A DNA stretch of 40,147 nt from Staphylococcus phage SP276. The stretch's first letter is position 1, and the number at the start of each line of letters is the position of its first letter. The notes under the pieces were generated by a model. That model saw only the letters and a list, made by a program, of their open reading frames with translations. It did not search any database and was not told the origin of the DNA. The position numbers and the translations under genes are program-made. The stretch lies in the sequence record NC_055023.1; one strand, written 5' to 3'. Below, piece by piece: positions 35,792-40,147 of this stretch.

Positions 35792-36703
35792 ATGCCAGCA
35801 GAAAACAATTTAATCAATGTGGAAGCATTAGGAAAGGCAAAGTCTATTGATTTTGCTAATAAGTTAGGTGTGGGATTAACCAAATTATTTGAAGCTTTAG
35901 CGATTCAAAACAAAATCCCTATGAACGTAGGTTCAGCACTTAAACAATATCGATTCAAAGTAGAAGATTCTGAAAAACCAAACGGAGATGTAGCAGAAGG
36001 TGACGTAATTCCTTTAACAAAAGTAACTCGTGAACAAGTTGATATTACTGAATTACAGTTTGCTAAATACCGAAAATCAACGTCAGCCGAAGCGATTCAA
36101 GCGCACGGTTACGACTTAGCAATCAATCAAACTGATAACGAAATGATTAAGTACGTTCAGAAAAAGTTCCGTGCTAAATTTTTCGGAACGCTAAAATCAG
36201 CAATTGAAAATGAAGAACGTACAAACAAAGCAAAGTTAAGCGCTAAAAACTTACAAGGTGCTTTATCTAAAGGACGTGCAAACTTGTCTGTATTATTAGA
36301 CGACGAGATTACACCTATCGCTTTCGTTAATCCAAATGATACGGCCGAGTATTTAGCAAATGGTTTTATTAACTCAACAGGTGCGCAATTCGGTGTGAAC
36401 CTCTTAACACCTTATGTAGGCGTTAAAATTGTAGAGTTTGCAGACGTGCCACAAGGCGAAGTGTGGATGACAGTGGCTGAAAACTTAAACGTGGCATATG
36501 CTAATCCACGCGGTGAGTTAGCACGTGCATTTGCTTTTTCAACTGATGCGACTGGTTTCGTTGGTGTGTTACATGACATTCAACCACAACGTTTAACATC
36601 AGACACTATTTATGCATCCGCTATCTCAATGTTCCCAGAAAACATCGACGCGGTTATTAAAGTAACTATCAAAGCAGACGAAGTGAGTAATTTACCCTCG
36701 TAA
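35792..36703 (+). CDS. Major capsid protein
   Basis: 303 aa after the scaffold. Strong RBS aacggaggtaatttt-ATG. Structured hairpin region downstream. Confidence 0.75.
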   Translation: MPAENNLINVEALGKAKSIDFANKLGVGLTKLFEALAIQNKIPMNVGSALKQYRFKVEDSEKPNGDVAEGDVIPLTKVTREQVDITELQFAKYRKSTSAEAIQAHGYDLAINQTDNEMIKYVQKKFRAKFFGTLKSAIENEERTNKAKLSAKNLQGALSKGRANLSVLLDDEITPIAFVNPNDTAEYLANGFINSTGAQFGVNLLTPYVGVKIVEFADVPQGEVWMTVAENLNVAYANPRGELARAFAFSTDATGFVGVLHDIQPQRLTSDTIYASAISMFPENIDAVIKVTIKADEVSNLPS

Positions 36704-36792
36704 ACCCCAAAAAATCGAAATCACACCGAACGCAAAATCGGTAAATATTTCGGTTGAATAGGGGATTTCAAAATTAAGTAGGAGGTATTTAA

Positions 36793-37242
36793 ATGACCAG
36801 AAAACTAAAGTTATACAGCAATGATGAAGTTGTTGCATCTGCAGAGGGAGATGGACGTGTTAACGTGAGTCTTTCAGGCTTAGAGCCTGCAACAACTTAT
36901 CCTAAAGGTAAATACAAAGTTGCTTTTGAGGAAAATGGTAAAGAATCAGAAAAAGTTGATGTACCTGAATTTACTACAAATTCAATTCTAATCACAAGCA
37001 TTAGTTTTGTTCCTGAAAGTAAAACGATTAGCAATGGTACAAATGAACAATTAGAACCTAATATATCGCCATCCACAGCAACTGATAAATCGTTAAGTTA
37101 TGCATCTAATGCACCTGAAACCGTATCTGTTGATGAAAACACAGGAGTGATTAATGCATTACAAACTGGTGAAGCGGTAATTACAGCGACGACAAAAGAT
37201 GGTAGTAATAAAACAGCACAAATCACTATTACAGTTGAATAG
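36793..37242 (+). CDS. Ig-like (Big_2) domain protein, probable head decoration or fibre protein
   Basis: C-terminal ~80 aa match the Big_2 pattern (ITSISFVPESKTISNGTNEQL…GEAVITATTKDGSNKTAQITITV). Confidence 0.65.
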   Translation: MTRKLKLYSNDEVVASAEGDGRVNVSLSGLEPATTYPKGKYKVAFEENGKESEKVDVPEFTTNSILITSISFVPESKTISNGTNEQLEPNISPSTATDKSLSYASNAPETVSVDENTGVINALQTGEAVITATTKDGSNKTAQITITVE

Positions 37243-37583
37243 TGGTGATTAAGATGAGTTACTTAGACGACGTTAAAAGTCGTATAGGATTGAATGATAG
37301 CGAGCAAGATAAACAGCTAAATTCTATCATCGACAATGTTGCTGCTGAATTGTTATCGAGATTGCCGGTAGACACAATTAGCATTCCTGACAGGTTACGA
37401 TTTATAGTCGTTGAAGTTTCAACAAAACGGTACAATCGTATCGGTGCAGAAGGTATGTCTACAGATTCGCAAGACGGTCGTAGTAATAGTTTTGAGCGTA
37501 ATGATTTTGAAGAATATCAAGGTATTATTGATGCTTTGTATCCTAAGCTTGATTCAAGTGAGCGAGGGAGCGTGAATTTCTAA
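37242..37583 (+). CDS. Head-tail connector protein (gp6-like)
   Basis: 113 aa, position, ATGA-type coupling. Confidence 0.6.
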   Translation: MVIKMSYLDDVKSRIGLNDSEQDKQLNSIIDNVAAELLSRLPVDTISIPDRLRFIVVEVSTKRYNRIGAEGMSTDSQDGRSNSFERNDFEEYQGIIDALYPKLDSSERGSVNF

Positions 37584-37897
37584 TGAGGTATTCAGAACGA
37601 GTCGACCTTGTCGTTGAAGAGCGAAGTAAATATAATCCTTTGACCAAAAAGAAAGAAGCCACTTACAAAACATATACAAAAATACCGTGTAATGTTAATA
37701 GATTGTCGAGAGAGCGTACTCAGCTCGAATTTGGCGAAATGGCTAAAGATGTATCGGTAGTGCGTTTGCCTAAACAATTAAAATTCGAACCAACACACGT
37801 CTTGTTAAAAGGCAGAAAATACAAAGTCATGGATATTCGTGTGTACGATCATAGCACTTCACTTTTTATAAGCGAGGTGCTTAGTGATGGAAGCTAG
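37583..37897 (+). CDS. Head closure / head-tail adaptor protein
   Basis: 104 aa, position. Confidence 0.5.
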   Translation: MRYSERVDLVVEERSKYNPLTKKKEATYKTYTKIPCNVNRLSRERTQLEFGEMAKDVSVVRLPKQLKFEPTHVLLKGRKYKVMDIRVYDHSTSLFISEVLSDGS

Positions 37898-38237
37898 GGG
37901 CTTGAAAGAGTTGATAGCACATATGAAAAGCATGCGTGACAATATAGATGATGATGTTGATAAGATTCTGAAAAATAATGCTAACGAGGGTGTTGGTATT
38001 GCAGTATCTAATGCGAAAAAAGTTATGAATAAGGGTTATTGGACTGGTAATCTGGCTCGTTCGATAGAAGTTAAAAAGATGGGGGACTTGCATTATCGTG
38101 TAATATCAACCGCGCATTATAGTGGCTTCCTCGAATTTGGTACTCGATATATGGAACCGGCACCCTTTATGTTCCCGACATATCAAACGTTAAAAAAATC
38201 AACATTAAATGACTTAAAAAGATTGTTAAACGGATAG
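37884..38237 (+). CDS. HK97 gp10-family tail-component protein
   Basis: 117 aa. GNLARSIEV-type motif. Confidence 0.55.
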   Translation: MMEARGLKELIAHMKSMRDNIDDDVDKILKNNANEGVGIAVSNAKKVMNKGYWTGNLARSIEVKKMGDLHYRVISTAHYSGFLEFGTRYMEPAPFMFPTYQTLKKSTLNDLKRLLNG

Positions 38238-38246
38238 AGGTGTTAC

Positions 38247-38642
38247 ATGTTAGAATCTACACCACAACAAGCATTATATGATTATATTTTTACGCAATTA
38301 TTAGGATATGGAATTGACGTTATAGACTTTAAAGAGTTGAACAGTCAATTGACCTATCCTTTTTTTGTATTGCGAGATGTAGAAGTAAGTAAAAGTAAAT
38401 ACACGATGGAAAATGTGGGCGGTGAATTAACCGTAACCATTGATTTGTGGAACTACGCTGATGATAGAGGACAACACGACAGCATTGTTTATGCGATTGA
38501 ATCGATGTTGACTGTTATTGAAAGCGTAGAAAGTTATCAACTAATACTTGATGGAATGATTATTAAAACATTAAACGATATAGAAAATAGCGATAGACAA
38601 TTGCTACATACAGTGATTATCGCTACCTACAAGTTATTTTAA
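38247..38642 (+). CDS. Tail completion / tail terminator protein
   Basis: 131 aa, position before the major tail protein. Confidence 0.5.
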   Translation: MLESTPQQALYDYIFTQLLGYGIDVIDFKELNSQLTYPFFVLRDVEVSKSKYTMENVGGELTVTIDLWNYADDRGQHDSIVYAIESMLTVIESVESYQLILDGMIIKTLNDIENSDRQLLHTVIIATYKLF

Positions 38643-38659
38643 CAAGGAGGTCATAATGT

Positions 38660-39313
38660 ATGGCTAAAAAAGACAGTAAAGATAGATTGTTTTTATTTAG
38701 AATTGCCGGTCAAAAAGTAGACGCTAAAAAGATGATGTTTTTAACTGAGTATAGCGTGTCACTTGAAGCGGATTCTGAAAATGAAGACACGATGGACGAT
38801 TCTTACTCAACTGGTGGATCACTTGAGAACACCATTTCGGCCACAGCTAAAATGGATTATCGTGACAGTTTTGCTGATGAAGTTGAGGATGCTGTGCGTG
38901 ACGGTATCATTTATGAAGCGTGGGAAATTGAAAGCAAAGTGGAAGGTAAGGGCGTAAACGCCGGTAAGTTCAAAGCGAAATATTATCAAGGTAAATTCAA
39001 GAAATTTGAATCTAAAGGCGAAGTAAAAGGCGTTGATGAGTACGAAACAGAATTTAATGTTTTCGGTAAATACCAACGTGGGTTTGCGACAATCCCTGAA
39101 ACGATTAAAACGAAACTTGAACTCGCAGGATATCGATTCCACAACACAACTAAAGACGACCCTGCAACAGAAGTTACTCAAAACATTCCACAACCTACAG
39201 TCGATACTGAGGACATGGAAGATTCAAGAGATGACATGGTGTCAGGCGTCGCTAAACCATCGAATGTGCAAGCAGTACCCAACGCAAAATCAGTTAGTAT
39301 TTCAGCAGAATAA
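38660..39313 (+). CDS. Major tail protein
   Basis: 217 aa. RBS caaggaggt. Followed by a strong terminator. Confidence 0.7.
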   Translation: MAKKDSKDRLFLFRIAGQKVDAKKMMFLTEYSVSLEADSENEDTMDDSYSTGGSLENTISATAKMDYRDSFADEVEDAVRDGIIYEAWEIESKVEGKGVNAGKFKAKYYQGKFKKFESKGEVKGVDEYETEFNVFGKYQRGFATIPETIKTKLELAGYRFHNTTKDDPATEVTQNIPQPTVDTEDMEDSRDDMVSGVAKPSNVQAVPNAKSVSISAE

Positions 39314-39331
39314 TCAACGGGCTAAATCGCC
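39306..39331 (+). terminator. Rho-independent terminator after the major tail gene
   Basis: AACGGGC-TAAATC-GCCCGTT followed by TTTTTTATTAATTTTTT. Confidence 0.8.
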
Positions 39332-39370
39332 CGTTTTTTATTAATTTTTTAAACTATGGAGGCTATTTAA

Positions 39371-39754
39371 ATGATTACAGTAAAAAATGGAAAGCACGGA
39401 TTAGAATTGAAGTTTGGATTAGGTCAATTAACTGCAATTGACAAATCGTTAGGCTTGAATGTTGAAAAAATCAATTTAGGCGAAGGACTATCAATGTTAA
39501 TTCCTAAGTTAGAAAAAGGAAATATTATCGCTTTAGCAAAAGTTGTCAACGCTGCTACTTCAGGACAAAAAGGACGTCCAAAAACAGACGAAGAGCTTGA
39601 AGAAGTATTAATCAATGCACGTGATGAATATGGTTCATTCAAAAAGTTTGGTCAAGCTATTATTGACTTTTTGGGGGAGCGACCATTGACCCAAGACCTC
39701 GTACAGGATCACTTGAAAGACGAGGAAGCGGAGACAGTGACGGAAGAACAATAA
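39371..39754 (+). CDS. Tail assembly chaperone (G-like)
   Basis: 127 aa. Acidic C-terminus. Position between the major tail gene and the tape measure gene. Confidence 0.6.
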   Translation: MITVKNGKHGLELKFGLGQLTAIDKSLGLNVEKINLGEGLSMLIPKLEKGNIIALAKVVNAATSGQKGRPKTDEELEEVLINARDEYGSFKKFGQAIIDFLGERPLTQDLVQDHLKDEEAETVTEEQ

Positions 39755-40131
39755 CATACAGCAGAATTGTAATCGCGTGCATGTCAGATTTGAAAATGAC
39801 CAGTTTAAAAGAAATCAATGAAATGACTTTGACTGAGTTTAACTATCGCATGTATGCGTTACGATTTGATGTTTTGAAAGAAGAATATGAGCGTTACAAG
39901 TTAGCGTTTGCGATACGTGATGCAGCTGCAACAAAGAATGAGGGGACCGAAAAGGAACCCAAAGAAGTATACAGGTTCAAAAGTCCAAATGACATATTGG
40001 ATTATGAGGTTAATTACAATCGATTACTTGATGGTAAAGAGATTGTGTTTACTGATGAACTTGAAGAAGTGGAACCTGAAAACAATAACTTCTTAAAAGC
40101 GATAGCAGAAATTAACAATAATATTAAATAA
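39667..40131 (+). CDS. Tail assembly chaperone C-terminal extension (GT-like); -1 frame relative to 39371-39754, probably made by programmed frameshift
   Basis: The downstream ORF is in the -1 frame. The ATG at 39781 has no RBS. The frame is open back to 39667, overlapping the end of the upstream ORF. A TTTTTGGGGG run lies in the overlap. Confidence 0.45.
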   Translation, partial: LFGGATIDPRPRTGSLERRGSGDSDGRTITYSRIVIACMSDLKMTSLKEINEMTLTEFNYRMYALRFDVLKEEYERYKLAFAIRDAAATKNEGTEKEPKEVYRFKSPNDILDYEVNYNRLLDGKEIVFTDELEEVEPENNNFLKAIAEINNNIK

Positions 40132-40147
40132 TGAGGAGGTGGGATAA

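Larger units (their letters stand above)
1..40147. mobile_element. Temperate siphovirus genome, probably Staphylococcus phage, circularly permuted (lysis - attP - int - lysogeny - replication - packaging - head - tail)
   Basis: Complete set of contiguous phage modules. Integrase lies immediately after the lysis cassette, as in a virion or replicative form rather than an integrated prophage. The last 15 nt (gaggaggtgggataa) form an RBS for the ATG at position 1. Confidence 0.85.

Noticed and set aside
38819-39193. 124-aa minus-strand ORF inside the major tail gene
   Set aside because: It is antisense to a well-supported structural gene. It has no RBS and a Phe/Cys-rich odd composition.
1-40147. 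tRNA, rRNA or CRISPR features
   Set aside because: No cloverleaf-compatible segments, rRNA-like conserved stretches or repeat-spacer arrays were apparent on reading. None is claimed.

Overview
The window reads as one nearly complete, or complete, circularly permuted genome of a temperate siphovirus of a low-GC Gram-positive host. The best fit is a Staphylococcus phage. This rests on a tail-associated CHAP+glucosaminidase hydrolase, a CHAP+SH3b endolysin, an SGNH tail esterase, a BppU-like receptor-binding protein, a dUTPase and an ArpU-like late activator.

Gene order on the + strand, except the lysogeny genes:
- Tail tip and lysis: tape measure (1-2544), Dit, Tal-like, tail-fibre-repeat protein, SGNH esterase, BppU-like RBP, XhlA-like membrane protein, tail lysin (CHAP + glucosaminidase), holin, endolysin (CHAP + SH3b).
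- attP region, with hairpins and arm-type direct repeats.
- Lysogeny: integrase (-), two AT-rich moron genes (-), CI repressor (-), a divergent switch with a palindromic operator inside P_cI, then Cro (+).
- Early region: small ORFs, antirepressor, Gp157-like, ERF, SSB, DnaD-like organizer, DnaB-like helicase, RusA.
- A long accessory block of tiny translationally coupled genes (24.4-29.3 kb), with tandem paralogs, a duplicated stop-start linker and a dUTPase.
- ArpU-like late activator, TerS, TerL, portal, Mu-F-like minor head protein, scaffold, major capsid, Ig-like (Big_2) protein, connector and adaptor proteins, major tail protein, and tail chaperones with a probable -1 frameshift.

The window end (chaperones, then an RBS) joins the window start (tape measure ATG), so the sequence is probably circular or circularly permuted.

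The most interesting part is the AT-rich two-gene island between int and cI (13.17-14.91 kb). It encodes a 395-aa and a 169-aa protein in which I recognise no family. Each gene is bracketed by hairpin terminators, and the island sits at the classic temperate-phage moron hotspot. It is a candidate undescribed phage-encoded defence or superinfection-exclusion system.

Other items worth follow-up: an antisense 87-aa ORF with Cas2/VapD-like motif order, a 25-aa hydrophobic peptide with a consensus RBS, and repeat motifs upstream of terS and of the scaffold gene. No tRNA, rRNA or CRISPR array was seen. All assignments come from reading the translated ORFs; no database search was run.
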